The notes under the pieces: generated by a model
The model's input: only the letters and a program-made list of their open reading frames with translations
What the model was told of the DNA's origin: nothing
The model's database searches: none
Assembly: GCA_028691985.1 (NCBI GenBank)
Contig: JAQUYG010000001.1
Location: forward strand, 27,617 to 91,616
DNA length: 64,000 nucleotides
Origin: Minisyncoccota bacterium
GTDB lineage: Bacteria > Patescibacteriota > Minisyncoccia > JAHIHE01 > JAGLIN01
Direction: 5' to 3'
Shown here: in pieces, positions 9,688 to 19,955 of the stretch
Numbering within the stretch: the first letter of the stretch is position 1
How the letters are laid out: each line of letters opens with the position of its first letter
Program-made: the position numbers and the translations under genes

Positions 9688-10038
9688 TCATCTTGCAAGA
9701 CCAATTCCCTCTCTCATCTGTCCGCCACCCAGAAGGTGTATATGGATATGCGGGACTTCCTGTCCGCCATTCCGGCCAGTTCGTATTAATAATTTATATC
9801 CGCCTTCCGCGACACCGACTTCTTTAGCAATTTTCTTAGCCACAAAAATCATTCTACCCATAATTTCCGCATCTTCTTCAGTGACATCGTTTATAGACTC
9901 GATATGTTTCTTCGGAATAATCAAAACATGCACCGGTACAATCGGATGGATGTCATAAAAAGCAAAAACCAGCTCGTCCTCATAAACTTTATCAGACGGA
10001 ATCTCTCCTTTTACTATTTTGCAAAAAAGACAATCCAT
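9688..10038 (-). CDS. HIT family nucleotide-binding protein
   Basis: DCLFCKI...HVLIIPKKH...QEVPHIHIHLLGG. Confidence 0.95.
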   Translation of the reverse strand: MDCLFCKIVKGEIPSDKVYEDELVFAFYDIHPIVPVHVLIIPKKHIESINDVTEEDAEIMGRMIFVAKKIAKEVGVAEGGYKLLIRTGRNGGQEVPHIHIHLLGGGQMREGIGLAR

Positions 10039-10125
10039 ATTTTATATATCATCAAAAAATATTACTCAAAAAATACATATAGATAATCGCATTACTTTAC
10101 TCACCCCAATAACACGAGTCAGCCA

Positions 10126-11454
10126 CTACCCTTTAAGCATTCTCCTGACATCTTCGACAATATTTTCTAAAATCACAGTTTCCTGCATTCCACTGTCCAT
10201 ATCTCTGATAATTACAGTGCCGTCTATTGCCTCTTTCTGCCCGACAATCAGTGCCAATTTCGCCCTGACCTTGTTGGCGGTTCTGAGTTGAGATTTGATA
10301 CTTCCTTTGCCAAGCGACTCTCCGACTAAAATGTTATTGTCTACTAGCTTGTCAAAAATCTTCATAACTTTTTTTCTTGCCATATCGCCAAGCTGCACCA
10401 AGAACACATCTTTGACAACCTTCGGTTCCAGATCCAATCCCATTTTCATAACCTTATCTGCAACCCTTTCCACGCCGAAAGAAAATCCCACAGCTGGAGT
10501 CGGTTCGCCTCCCAAAAGTTCTACCAGCCCATCATATCTTCCACCACCACCTAGAGCCGCCTGTCTCGATTCGCCCTCGTCTCCGTCGGCCCATATTTCA
10601 AAGACAGTCCTAGTATAATAATCCAAACCTCTCACCAAAGACGGATTTAAAACATAAGGAATCTCCAGCTCATCCAAAAATTCCAAGACACTCTTGAAGT
10701 GAGTATTGCAATCATCACAAAGATTGTCGATGATCTGCGGAGCGCCCGCCGCCACCTGCAAACATTTTTCTTCCTTGCAATCCAAAAGCCGCATCGGATT
10801 CTTTTCCAATCTTCTCTTACAATCGACACAAAGCTTGTTGATTTTCATATCATAATAATCCGTCAAAAGCTTTTTGTATTTATTCCTGCAAGTCGGACAG
10901 CCGATACTATTGATCTGAATTGAAACATCTCTAAGTCCGAGCTTCTGAAAAATCTTCCATGCAAGATAGATTATCTGAGCATCTATGGCAGAACCCTCTT
11001 CTCCGAAAACTTCCGCTCCGAACTGATGGAATTCCCGAAATCTTCCCTGCTGCGGCTTGTCATAGCGGAACATCGAACCTTCATAATAAAGACGGACCGG
11101 CTGCGACCACCTGCTCATACCGTTCTCGATGTACGACCGAACAACCCCCGCCGTACCCTCCGGCCTCATGGTGACATTATCCCCGCCTTGAGTCTCAAAA
11201 GAAAACATTTCTTTTTCAACGATATCCGTCGCCTGTCCGACTCCGCGTTTGAAGAGATCGGTGTTTTCCAAAATAGGAGTTTCGATTCTCCCAAATCCGA
11301 AATCTTGGCATATCTTGCGTGAATTATGCAAAATGTAATCCCAGATGAACTGCTCCGGAGGAAGGATATCTTTCATTCCTTTGACCGTCTGAATCGGTTT
11401 AGCTTTCTTTCTTGGTTTCTTCTCTACCTGCTCTTCTTTTTTAACTCGAGGCAT
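10126..11454 (-). CDS. hisS: Histidine--tRNA ligase
   Basis: RPEGTAG, FRYDKPQQGRFREFHQ, LVRGLDYY, GGGRYDGL. Confidence 0.98.
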   Translation of the reverse strand: MPRVKKEEQVEKKPRKKAKPIQTVKGMKDILPPEQFIWDYILHNSRKICQDFGFGRIETPILENTDLFKRGVGQATDIVEKEMFSFETQGGDNVTMRPEGTAGVVRSYIENGMSRWSQPVRLYYEGSMFRYDKPQQGRFREFHQFGAEVFGEEGSAIDAQIIYLAWKIFQKLGLRDVSIQINSIGCPTCRNKYKKLLTDYYDMKINKLCVDCKRRLEKNPMRLLDCKEEKCLQVAAGAPQIIDNLCDDCNTHFKSVLEFLDELEIPYVLNPSLVRGLDYYTRTVFEIWADGDEGESRQAALGGGGRYDGLVELLGGEPTPAVGFSFGVERVADKVMKMGLDLEPKVVKDVFLVQLGDMARKKVMKIFDKLVDNNILVGESLGKGSIKSQLRTANKVRAKLALIVGQKEAIDGTVIIRDMDSGMQETVILENIVEDVRRMLKG

Positions 11455-11474
11455 AATGATTTTCTATTAAAATT

Positions 11475-12014
11475 TTAACTTAGTATGCTCACCACAAAAT
11501 CGTCTATCTTCTTAACGCTCTCCGGATCATTCTCAAGACCTTGGGCGTCTTTAGCGTTTAGATATAAGTCGCCTATTATACTTATCCCCAAAGAATTTGT
11601 AAGAGACTCGACAACAACCAACGCCTTATCGATATTTCTTACTTCATCTCCCACAAACAACACAACTGCTTTTTTCCCATCTAATTTTTTATTCCCATAA
11701 GCAGGATTCAATCTATCAAAAAAATCTTTCATCAGCCCGGAAACATTATTAAAATAATTAGGGCTCCCAAAAACGATAAGATCGTTGGCGACCATCTTCT
11801 CCGTTATTGAATTCATATCGTCCAAAATCGGACACTTTCCGGTATCATCACATGACAAACACCCCCTGCAATGTTCAACCTTCTTTTCCCTAAGAAGAAT
11901 CAGCTCGGTTTTATGCCCTAACTCACCTGCCTTAGTCAAAAGTTTCTTTAAAGCGAACTCGGTATTCCCGCGACGAGGACTACCACAAATGGCAATTATA
12001 TTCATAGACTGCAA
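11475..12014 (-). CDS. Flavodoxin-like iron-sulfur flavoprotein (NADPH-dependent FMN reductase family)
   Basis: GSPRRGNT, CxxCxxC..C, GSPNYFNNVSGLMKDFFDR. Confidence 0.88.
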   Translation of the reverse strand: MQSMNIIAICGSPRRGNTEFALKKLLTKAGELGHKTELILLREKKVEHCRGCLSCDDTGKCPILDDMNSITEKMVANDLIVFGSPNYFNNVSGLMKDFFDRLNPAYGNKKLDGKKAVVLFVGDEVRNIDKALVVVESLTNSLGISIIGDLYLNAKDAQGLENDPESVKKIDDFVVSILS

Positions 12015-12017
12015 AAA

Positions 12018-12704
12018 TTAATTTTGATATTCTTCTCCGTCAAAGACGGCAAAATTATCGAAAGGCCAGGCCCTGACCCATGCCTTGCCGATAATGAAAC
12101 GATTTTCAAGTTTTCCCCAGATCCTCGAATCGGAGCTGGCAGAACGATTGTCTCCAAGGACATAATACTCCCCCTCGCTCAGCGTTTCAAAAACATTTCC
12201 CGAAGTCACGGTTCCTTCCTGCAAATATACGCTCTCGTCCAAAACGAACCCATCCCGATTTTCATCGCTATATATCTTGATCACACCAGCCCTTATCTCG
12301 ACTGTTTCACCCGGAAGTCCGATGACTCTTTTGATGAAAAACTTACTAGGGTCTCCGGGGTAACGGAAAATGATGACATCTCCTCTCTCAGGGTTTTCCA
12401 AACGATAGCCTATCTCATTCACAATCAGATAGTCTCCATCATGAAAGTTCGGCTGCATACTCGCACCATCGACGAAAAAAGGCTGAAGCACGAACGAACG
12501 CACGACAAAAATTATAACCAGACTGACTATTACAACCCTTATTGTCTCAAAAGAAAGGTCTAGAAAATTCTTGAGTTTATTCATAAGATCGCCACTATCG
12601 TCTATGCCTATCTTTTCGTCCTTAAAGTCCGATACGAACTGAACATCGCTCTTTTTTTCCCCTGCAGGCTTTATATCAGCAATCTTCTTGTTTTCTATAT
12701 CCAT
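12018..12704 (-). CDS. lepB: Signal peptidase I
   Basis: GASMQP, IKRVIGLPGE, GDNRSASSDSR; start chosen at MDIENKK. Confidence 0.95.
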   Translation of the reverse strand: MDIENKKIADIKPAGEKKSDVQFVSDFKDEKIGIDDSGDLMNKLKNFLDLSFETIRVVIVSLVIIFVVRSFVLQPFFVDGASMQPNFHDGDYLIVNEIGYRLENPERGDVIIFRYPGDPSKFFIKRVIGLPGETVEIRAGVIKIYSDENRDGFVLDESVYLQEGTVTSGNVFETLSEGEYYVLGDNRSASSDSRIWGKLENRFIIGKAWVRAWPFDNFAVFDGEEYQN

Positions 12705-13054
12705 TGATTTATTTTTAGATTTTACGAGTTTATGATATAACTTTTGGAGGGCCAAGTCAAACAACAGGAATAGATATTAAAAACCCGCTTCCACAGACTT
12801 CACACGCCGCGTTGATTTGATTGTCCCCGCCAGAAAGCAAAATCCATATCTACAATTTTTTTTGGAAGAGTTTTCTGCCCCTATAATTATAGATTATACC
12901 TCAAAATCAAGATCTGGAGCGAACTTAAAAACATCGGAATTGAAACCCGCCACGAAACTTGTTACCCCTCCCCGAAAACTGCGCCGTCAATAGACACTTT
13001 AGTTCGTATGATATAAAATAAAATCAACGGTTAAATTCACACGAGAAAAGAAAA

Positions 13055-14356
13055 ATGAACAAGAAAAAAGTCCTAAAAATTTTTGCGCTATTTTTTATAG
13101 TAATTGCCGTTTTCTTGTCGGCGTTTCTTTATGAGTTTATGATGGCGAGCGGTAAAATCTTTTCCAACGGAAAAAACGATAGCATATCGATAGTGAAACA
13201 ATTCAGCGAGATGATCATAAACCCCAGCGAATCTCTCCAAGGAGAAGAAAACGGCCAAATCAATATCCTCCTTCTGGGAATCGGTGGAGAAGGACATAGC
13301 GGCGGAGAACTCACAGACACTATAATGATAGCCAGCATAAAACCGCAGACCCGCGAGGCGGCGCTGCTTTCTATTCCTCGGGATCTGTATGTAGAAGTTG
13401 AAGGCGAAGAAATTAAGAACAAAATCAACGCCATCAAAGCATTGGGAGACAAAAGTAAAAAACAGAACGGAATCGAATTACTCGAAGGTGTCGTCGAAGA
13501 AGTCTCTGGACTTAAGATTGATTATTATGTTCAGTTGGATTTTGACGGTTTTATCAAGATTATCGACCTGATGGGTGGCGTCGATGTTTATTTGGAAAAT
13601 GATATCAACGACCCGGCCTATCCCGATTTCAACAGAGGCTATGACCCTTTTTATATCAAAAAGGGCTGGCACCACCTGGACGGAGCCACAGCACTCAAAG
13701 TCGCCAGATCGCGTCACAGCACGATGGGAGATTTTGATCGCATCAAACGACAACAGGAAATAATCAAAGCCTTCCGTCAAAAGGTCTATGAAAAATATTC
13801 CCAGATGGACATCATGACCTTCCGTGATATTTTTATCTCCCTTTCCGACAATATGGAGACTGATATCGAATTGAGAGAAATACCGCGTTTCTATCAAGTC
13901 CTGAAAGAAATAAGAAGCAACAATTTCACCGCCCAGACCGTCAACACGCAAAATTATCTGGAAAGAATATATGTCGGACTAGGATATACTTTAGGAGTGA
14001 AAGACGCCGAAATAGCTGCAGAGATCGGAAAAAACCTGTTTGAGATGCAACTTCCTGAGAAAACAGCAAAAACCATCCGCGAAGAAAGCGCAACAATTGA
14101 AATACGCAACGGCACTGATTCCCCCGACCTTGCCAATATAATCGCCCAAGATTTGGAAAATATGGGGTTTCGCATAATAAATTCGATAAATATAGACCCG
14201 CCAGATTTCAACGGCGTCAAAATATATCGCACGCAGGATTGCAAAAAAGCCGAGACCCTCTCATTCCTTCTGGAAAAATTCAGCGCCCAGGAAAAAATAA
14301 GTAAAACCCTAGATTCAAGAGCGGATTTCGTCATCATACTCGGTAAAGGATTTTAG
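13055..14356 (+). CDS. LCP (LytR-CpsA-Psr) family protein with LytR C-terminal domain
   Basis: N-terminal TM; NILLLG, LTDTIMI, SIPRDLYV, RSRH..GDFDRIKRQQ; IRNGT...VIILGK. Confidence 0.93.
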   Translation: MNKKKVLKIFALFFIVIAVFLSAFLYEFMMASGKIFSNGKNDSISIVKQFSEMIINPSESLQGEENGQINILLLGIGGEGHSGGELTDTIMIASIKPQTREAALLSIPRDLYVEVEGEEIKNKINAIKALGDKSKKQNGIELLEGVVEEVSGLKIDYYVQLDFDGFIKIIDLMGGVDVYLENDINDPAYPDFNRGYDPFYIKKGWHHLDGATALKVARSRHSTMGDFDRIKRQQEIIKAFRQKVYEKYSQMDIMTFRDIFISLSDNMETDIELREIPRFYQVLKEIRSNNFTAQTVNTQNYLERIYVGLGYTLGVKDAEIAAEIGKNLFEMQLPEKTAKTIREESATIEIRNGTDSPDLANIIAQDLENMGFRIINSINIDPPDFNGVKIYRTQDCKKAETLSFLLEKFSAQEKISKTLDSRADFVIILGKGF

Positions 14357-14385
14357 GTAACAAAATATAAAAATAATACTTTAAT

Positions 14386-14916
14386 ATGAAAATGATCGTC
14401 GGACTCGGAAATCCTGGAAAAGAATACGAAAAAACCAGACACAATGTCGGCTTTATGGCACTTGATAAGATTACAAAAATTTACGACTTTGGAGATTTCA
14501 AAACCGAAGAAAAGTTTGAGGCAGAAATATCTCAAGGAGAAATAGCTGCTGAAAAAATCTTTCTGATAAAACCACAAACTTTTATGAATTCTTCCGGTCG
14601 CACTGTCCAGAAAATGATGAATTTTTATAAGGCAGGAATTGATGATTTGATAGTAATTCACGACGATTTAGACATCGCACTCGGAGAATTTCGTACGGGG
14701 TCAGGGAGTCGCAGTGCCGGACACAAGGGGGTACAGTCAATCATAGACTTCCTAGATTCGAAGGACTTCAAGAGGATCAGGGTCGGTATAAAGATTGAAG
14801 ATCGCAAAATTCCGACAGAAAAATTCGTATTAGGGACTTTCACAAAAAAAGAATCTGAAGCGATAACGGGTGCTTTAGATGGCGTGATTGAAACCGTAAA
14901 AAAAGAGCTTACTTAA
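14386..14916 (+). CDS. pth: Peptidyl-tRNA hydrolase
   Basis: VGLGNPGKEYEKTRHNVGF, KPQTFMNSSG, HDDLD, GHKGVQS. Confidence 0.97.
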   Translation: MKMIVGLGNPGKEYEKTRHNVGFMALDKITKIYDFGDFKTEEKFEAEISQGEIAAEKIFLIKPQTFMNSSGRTVQKMMNFYKAGIDDLIVIHDDLDIALGEFRTGSGSRSAGHKGVQSIIDFLDSKDFKRIRVGIKIEDRKIPTEKFVLGTFTKKESEAITGALDGVIETVKKELT

Positions 14917-14940
14917 GATAAGCCCTTTTCTTTTTATTGA

Positions 14941-15073
14941 CTATCGTACACTATCCTGATTATGAGCTTAAAGCACAATTTACGTGAAATTTTGCCTTAA
15001 TTTGCAGCTACTCGAAAATATCTAGGAGGGATGATTTTACTTTCGCGCTCATAAACAGGATAGTGAACAATAG
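14941..15073. mobile_element. MITE-like element with 27 bp imperfect terminal inverted repeats
   Basis: CTATCGTACACTATCCTGATTATGAGC (14941-14967) matches the reverse complement of 15047-15073 at 24/27. Confidence 0.55.
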
Positions 15074-15152
15074 AAATGATTTTCTAGTTGTTTATGGCCA
15101 AAACCTATCAGTTTTTTCCAACAACTGCTCATCCTATCATACATTCATAAAT

Positions 15153-16244
15153 ATGTCAACCCCTGACAAGAAATATTACAATGCTTTCAATCTAATGCCG
15201 CAAATAGGCCCGGTGCGCTTTCGTAAGCTCCTTGCCCATTTTCCATCCATGCAAATCGCGTGGGAGGCAACTTTTTCTGAATTCAAGGAATCAGGCCTTG
15301 AAGAAAAAATCATCGAGAGAATTGTGGATGCTAGAAAAAATATAAACCCCGATGCCGAGTTTGAAAAATTAGAAAAAGAAAATATAAAAATTATTACGAA
15401 GAATGAAAGTTCCTATCCCAAAAATCTCCTGGAAATTTCTTCCGCTCCGGCGATGTTATATGTGAAAGGCGAAATGATTCCCGACGAATTTTGCATCGGC
15501 ATCGTCGGCTCGCGCAAGATCTCAGACTACGGAAGAAGAGTGGCCGAAGATTTTGCGCGGCAGCTTTCACAAAACGGCGTAACGCTCGCCAGCGGAATGG
15601 CTTATGGCGTGGACACGATTACTCACCGCGAATGCCTAAAGGCTAAAACTCGCACCCTGGCCGTCCTTGGTAGCGGCATCGACGAAAGAAGCATATACCC
15701 ATCATCCAACCGCCAAATCGCGCAAGAAATCGCAAACTGCGGATGCGTCCTCAGTGAATATCCGATCGGGACTCCCCCGCTCAAACAGAATTTCCCCGCC
15801 CGCAATCGCATCATCAGCGGACTATCTAAGGGCGTATTGGTTATCGAAGCTTCACAAACCTCCGGCTCGCTCCACACCGCCCGCTTCGCTCTGGAACAAA
15901 ACCGCGAAGTCTTCGCTGTGCCGGGAAACATCTATTCCAAAAATTCCGAAGGCACCAACAGCCTCATCAAAATGGGCGCCAAATCCGCCTGCAAAGTGGA
16001 GGATATTTTAGAAGAGTTCAACTTTGAAACAAACTCCGAGATCCGCGAAGCCAGAAAAATCATCCCCGACAGTCCTGAGGAAGAACTGATTTTGAACAAT
16101 CTCTCCTTCGACGAAGCGCTTCACATCGACAAACTTGCCGCCAAGACGCAAATAAAAACCGCCAGCCTGTCATCACTTCTCACTCTTATGGAAATGAAAG
16201 GAATGATTCGCGACATCGGCGGGATGCGATATATAAAAAAATAA
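15153..16244 (+). CDS. dprA: DNA-processing protein DprA
   Basis: IVGSR, SGMAYGVD, SEYPIGTPP..NFPARNRIISGLS, SGSLHTA. Confidence 0.96.
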   Translation: MSTPDKKYYNAFNLMPQIGPVRFRKLLAHFPSMQIAWEATFSEFKESGLEEKIIERIVDARKNINPDAEFEKLEKENIKIITKNESSYPKNLLEISSAPAMLYVKGEMIPDEFCIGIVGSRKISDYGRRVAEDFARQLSQNGVTLASGMAYGVDTITHRECLKAKTRTLAVLGSGIDERSIYPSSNRQIAQEIANCGCVLSEYPIGTPPLKQNFPARNRIISGLSKGVLVIEASQTSGSLHTARFALEQNREVFAVPGNIYSKNSEGTNSLIKMGAKSACKVEDILEEFNFETNSEIREARKIIPDSPEEELILNNLSFDEALHIDKLAAKTQIKTASLSSLLTLMEMKGMIRDIGGMRYIKK

Positions 16245-16265
16245 GGCCGGATAAATCCGCCTAAT

Positions 16266-16541
16266 TCATTTTCCAAATTCTGGAAATTTATTTCTAATCT
16301 CTGCAACAAGAACGCTTAGATTTGCGAGATTATCGCTTTTTGTATTAGAAGCCCGATTAATAAGTTTTTCAAAAAACTCATACAGTTCTGGATCTATCTC
16401 TTTTGTCTCTTTTATTTCTTCTATTTCACCTATTTTCCTTATTTTATCCTCCTCGATATTATTCTTGCGCTCTTGTTCTTTACCTAGCCAGAAAGAAAGT
16501 ATACATCCTACCACAAAAATAATAACGATTAACAAGCTCAA
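16266..16541 (-). CDS. Hypothetical protein with N-terminal TM helix
   Basis: TTG start after AGGAG; hydrophobic N-terminus; lies between dprA and topA. Confidence 0.55.
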   Translation of the reverse strand: MSLLIVIIFVVGCILSFWLGKEQERKNNIEEDKIRKIGEIEEIKETKEIDPELYEFFEKLINRASNTKSDNLANLSVLVAEIRNKFPEFGK

Positions 16542-16691
16542 CTTTTCATCTCCTGTTCAAATTTATCACATTTTTTTAGTATTTTATTTTTACATCCAAT
16601 ATAAATAATCCATAGAATTTGTCAATCAAAATCTTTCGTTTCTGACAAATACTAGAGATTTATTATAATTTTTCTCTCATCACATATCGAG

Positions 16692-16720
16692 TTGACACTC
16701 TCGCCCCAAAAAGGTAAAGT
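16692..16720 (+). promoter_or_regulatory. sigma70 promoter of topA
   Basis: TTGACA, 17 nt spacer, TAAAGT. Confidence 0.65.
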
Positions 16721-16761
16721 AAAAATGTCATAAGAACTTTCAGCAATTTATTTTTATACAT

Positions 16762-18978
16762 ATGTCAAAAAAACTTATCATCGTTGAGTCCCCTACCAAA
16801 GCGAAAACGATTTCAAAATTTCTAGACAAAAATTATGAAGTCAGATCTTCTTTCGGACACCTGCGAGATCTTCCTAAAAGTAAACTAGGAGTGGAAGTTG
16901 ATAAGGACTTTGAGCCGGAATATGTCGTCAGTCCCAAGAGCAAAAAGATTGCCAGTGAGCTTAAAAAACTCGCCAAAGAGTCTGACGAAATCATACTAGC
17001 AAGCGATGAAGACCGCGAAGGAGAAGCGATTGCCTGGCACTTGGCGCAGATTCTGGATATAGACATTACGGGAAAAAGCAAAAGTAAAAAAGGATATAAA
17101 CGCATCGTTTTTCACGAGATTACCAAAGGTGCCATTCTAGCGGCATTAGAAAATCCTCGCCAACTTGACCTAAATTTAGTCGACGCCCAGCAGGCGCGCA
17201 GAATTCTCGACCGTCTCGTAGGATACAAACTATCGCCATTTTTGTGGAAAAAAATCCGCTATGGCCTCTCTGCCGGAAGAGTACAGTCTGTCGCAGTCAG
17301 ACTTATTGTCGAACGCGAAAGAGAAATCCAGAATTTTATAAAGGATGAATATTGGGAAGTTAATGCCGATCTTTCTAAAAAAGACCGAGACGCGAATTTT
17401 TTGGCAAAATTAGTCAAAATTGAAGGCAAAGCTCTAAAAAAGCTGGATATAAAGGGCGAAAAGCAAGCCAACGCGATTAAGGCAGAACTTGAAAAAGAAA
17501 ATTATATCATTGAGAAGATAGATAAGAAAGAAACGAAAAAAAATCCCCTGCCGCCATTTACCACCAGTACGCTCCAACAGGCTTCGGGCAACCGCTTGGG
17601 ATATAGCGCCAAACAGACGATGATGATTGCGCAGCAGCTCTATGAAGGAATCCAACTCGGTAAGGGAGGCGCTGTCGGTCTTATCACCTATATGAGGACC
17701 GATTCTCTAAACCTCAGCAAAGAGTCTGTTGAAACGGCAAAGAATTATATAACCAATCATTTCGGTAAAGAATTCGCCGAGGAACGGCATTTCAAAACCA
17801 AATCCAAAGGCGCGCAGGAAGCTCATGAAGCTATCCGCCCCACCGACCCTTCTAGAACGCCGGAAAGCATCAAAGAATTTCTAGATCCGAAACAATATAA
17901 ATTATACACTCTTATCTGGCAGAGGATGGTCGCGTCACAAATGGCAAGCGCCATAAGCGACCTTACGACTATAGAAATTTTAGCCGGCAAATATACGCTC
18001 CGCTCCAGCGGCTCAACCATCAAATTTGAAGGATTTTTAAAAGTATATCCGATCAAAAGCGAAGAAGTCACTTTTCCAGAACTCAAAGAGAAAGAAGAAC
18101 TCAAGCTCCTCAAAATTATCGCCGACCAGCATTTTACCCAACCGCCGGCGCGCTATAATGAATCTGGATTGATTAAAGCCATGGAAGAATTCGGCATCGG
18201 TCGACCTTCAACTTATGCGCCCATCATCAGCACTATCCAGGACCGCGGCTATGTAAAGAAAGAAGAAAAAAGATTGGCACCGGAAGAAATCGGGTTCATC
18301 GTCAATGACTTTTTGGTCGAACATTTTCCCAAAATTGTTGATATTAAATTCACCGCTAAAATGGAAGAAGATTTAGATAAAGTGGCGGAGGGCGAACAAG
18401 ATTGGAGAAAACTCATGAGAGAATTCTATAATCCCTTCATCGACAATCTAAATGCCAAAGAAAAAGAAATCGACAAAAAAGTTGTCACCGAAGAAAAAAC
18501 GGACGAGAAATGTCCTCAGTGTGACTCACCGATGATTATCAAACTGGGCCGCTTCGGCAAATTTATGGCCTGTACCAACTATCCGACTTGCAAAACCACC
18601 AAACCGATGGGTGAAGAAAAAAAACTTATCGAAGAATTTTCCGATGAAGTATGCGACAAATGTGGCAAACCTATGGCCGTCAAACGCGGACGCTTCGGAG
18701 CTTTCTTGGGCTGCTCAGGTTATCCGGAATGTAAAAATATCAAGTCTATGGCCAAACCGACCGGCGCCAAATGTCCAGAGTGCGGCAAAGGCGACATTGT
18801 TGAAAAGAAATCCAAGGCAGGACGAACCTTTTATGCTTGCAACAACTATCCCGATTGCAAATTCGCCCTCTGGCAGAAACCGACCGGCGATAAATGTCCC
18901 AAGTGCGAGAGCCTGATGGTCTTCGCCGCCAAAGAAAAACAGATTTGCTCAAACAAGGAATGTAAGTTTGAAAAGTAA
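16762..18978 (+). CDS. topA: DNA topoisomerase I
   Basis: IVESPTKAKTI, DEDREGE, SAGRVQS, LITYMRTDS, C-terminal zinc ribbons. Confidence 0.99.
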   Translation: MSKKLIIVESPTKAKTISKFLDKNYEVRSSFGHLRDLPKSKLGVEVDKDFEPEYVVSPKSKKIASELKKLAKESDEIILASDEDREGEAIAWHLAQILDIDITGKSKSKKGYKRIVFHEITKGAILAALENPRQLDLNLVDAQQARRILDRLVGYKLSPFLWKKIRYGLSAGRVQSVAVRLIVEREREIQNFIKDEYWEVNADLSKKDRDANFLAKLVKIEGKALKKLDIKGEKQANAIKAELEKENYIIEKIDKKETKKNPLPPFTTSTLQQASGNRLGYSAKQTMMIAQQLYEGIQLGKGGAVGLITYMRTDSLNLSKESVETAKNYITNHFGKEFAEERHFKTKSKGAQEAHEAIRPTDPSRTPESIKEFLDPKQYKLYTLIWQRMVASQMASAISDLTTIEILAGKYTLRSSGSTIKFEGFLKVYPIKSEEVTFPELKEKEELKLLKIIADQHFTQPPARYNESGLIKAMEEFGIGRPSTYAPIISTIQDRGYVKKEEKRLAPEEIGFIVNDFLVEHFPKIVDIKFTAKMEEDLDKVAEGEQDWRKLMREFYNPFIDNLNAKEKEIDKKVVTEEKTDEKCPQCDSPMIIKLGRFGKFMACTNYPTCKTTKPMGEEKKLIEEFSDEVCDKCGKPMAVKRGRFGAFLGCSGYPECKNIKSMAKPTGAKCPECGKGDIVEKKSKAGRTFYACNNYPDCKFALWQKPTGDKCPKCESLMVFAAKEKQICSNKECKFEK

Positions 18979-18998
18979 TATAATATAATTTATAAGAA

Positions 18999-19196
18999 AT
19001 GGAAATGAAACAGAAAAACGAGTCACCAAAACAAATCAAAATCGGGGTATTCTTAATTTTCATTATCTTTTTTACCCATAATCTTATATCGTTTGCGAAG
19101 AAACCTTCTGATTTAACTGGAGGATTTCTAATCATTATCTTATTTTTCTGGCTCCTTACGGCACTCTTATTTTATAAAGAGCAGAACAAAAAATAG
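18999..19196 (+). CDS. Small two-TM hypothetical protein
   Basis: Two hydrophobic stretches; fills the gap between topA and tyrA. Confidence 0.45.
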   Translation: MEMKQKNESPKQIKIGVFLIFIIFFTHNLISFAKKPSDLTGGFLIIILFFWLLTALLFYKEQNKK

Positions 19197-19199
19197 TAT

Positions 19200-19955
19200 A
19201 TGAAAAATAATAAGAAAACTTTAGGCATTATCGGAATCGGTCAGTTCTCCGAGTTCTTTATTCCATATCTAAAACCTTTTTTCCAAGATATTTATATAAC
19301 GAGCAAAACTGACAAAAACGCAGTCGCAAAAAAGCTTAGTGTCAAAAATTCTACCTTGAAAGAAGTATGTGAGCAGGACATCATTATGTTATCGATGCCT
19401 ATCTCGCAAATATCGCAAGTTCTTGATTCAATCAAGAAAAATACTCACGAGGACCAAATCATAATAGATATATGTTCTGTAAAAATATTTCCCATCAAGG
19501 AAATGAAAAAGAAATTGCCGAAAGATGTCCAAATCCTGGGAACCCATCCCCTTTTCGGCCCACAGAGCGGCAAAGACGGCATAAAAGGACTAGAAATAGT
19601 CCTCTGCCCGGCAAGAATAAAAGATGAAGATTTTAAAAAGATAGAGACGGTTTTTAAAAAAATGGGGCTAAAAATCACAGAAACGACACCGCAAAAGCAT
19701 GACGAGATAATGGCATACACACAAGCTCTTACTCACTTCTTCTCACGCGCCGCAGCGAAGACCATCCCATTTGAAGATTTCAAATTTACCACCCCATCCG
19801 CAAAAAGGCTCAGAAATATAATCAACGAAGTCAAAGACGATTCCAAAGAACTTTTTATGGATATGCAGACGCTCAATCCTTATGCGGAGAAAACAAGAAA
19901 AAAATTTCTCACAGAACTTAACAAGATAAATGACGAATTATGGAAGAAAAAATAA
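19200..19955 (+). CDS. tyrA: Prephenate/arogenate dehydrogenase
   Basis: GIIGIGQF, DICSVK, GTHPLFGP, HDEIMAYTQALTH. Confidence 0.92.
   Translation: MKNNKKTLGIIGIGQFSEFFIPYLKPFFQDIYITSKTDKNAVAKKLSVKNSTLKEVCEQDIIMLSMPISQISQVLDSIKKNTHEDQIIIDICSVKIFPIKEMKKKLPKDVQILGTHPLFGPQSGKDGIKGLEIVLCPARIKDEDFKKIETVFKKMGLKITETTPQKHDEIMAYTQALTHFFSRAAAKTIPFEDFKFTTPSAKRLRNIINEVKDDSKELFMDMQTLNPYAEKTRKKFLTELNKINDELWKKK

Noticed and set aside
16617-16650. ATTTGTCA...TGACAAAT inverted repeat as an operator
   Set aside because: Explained equally well by back-to-back -35-like boxes of divergent promoters.
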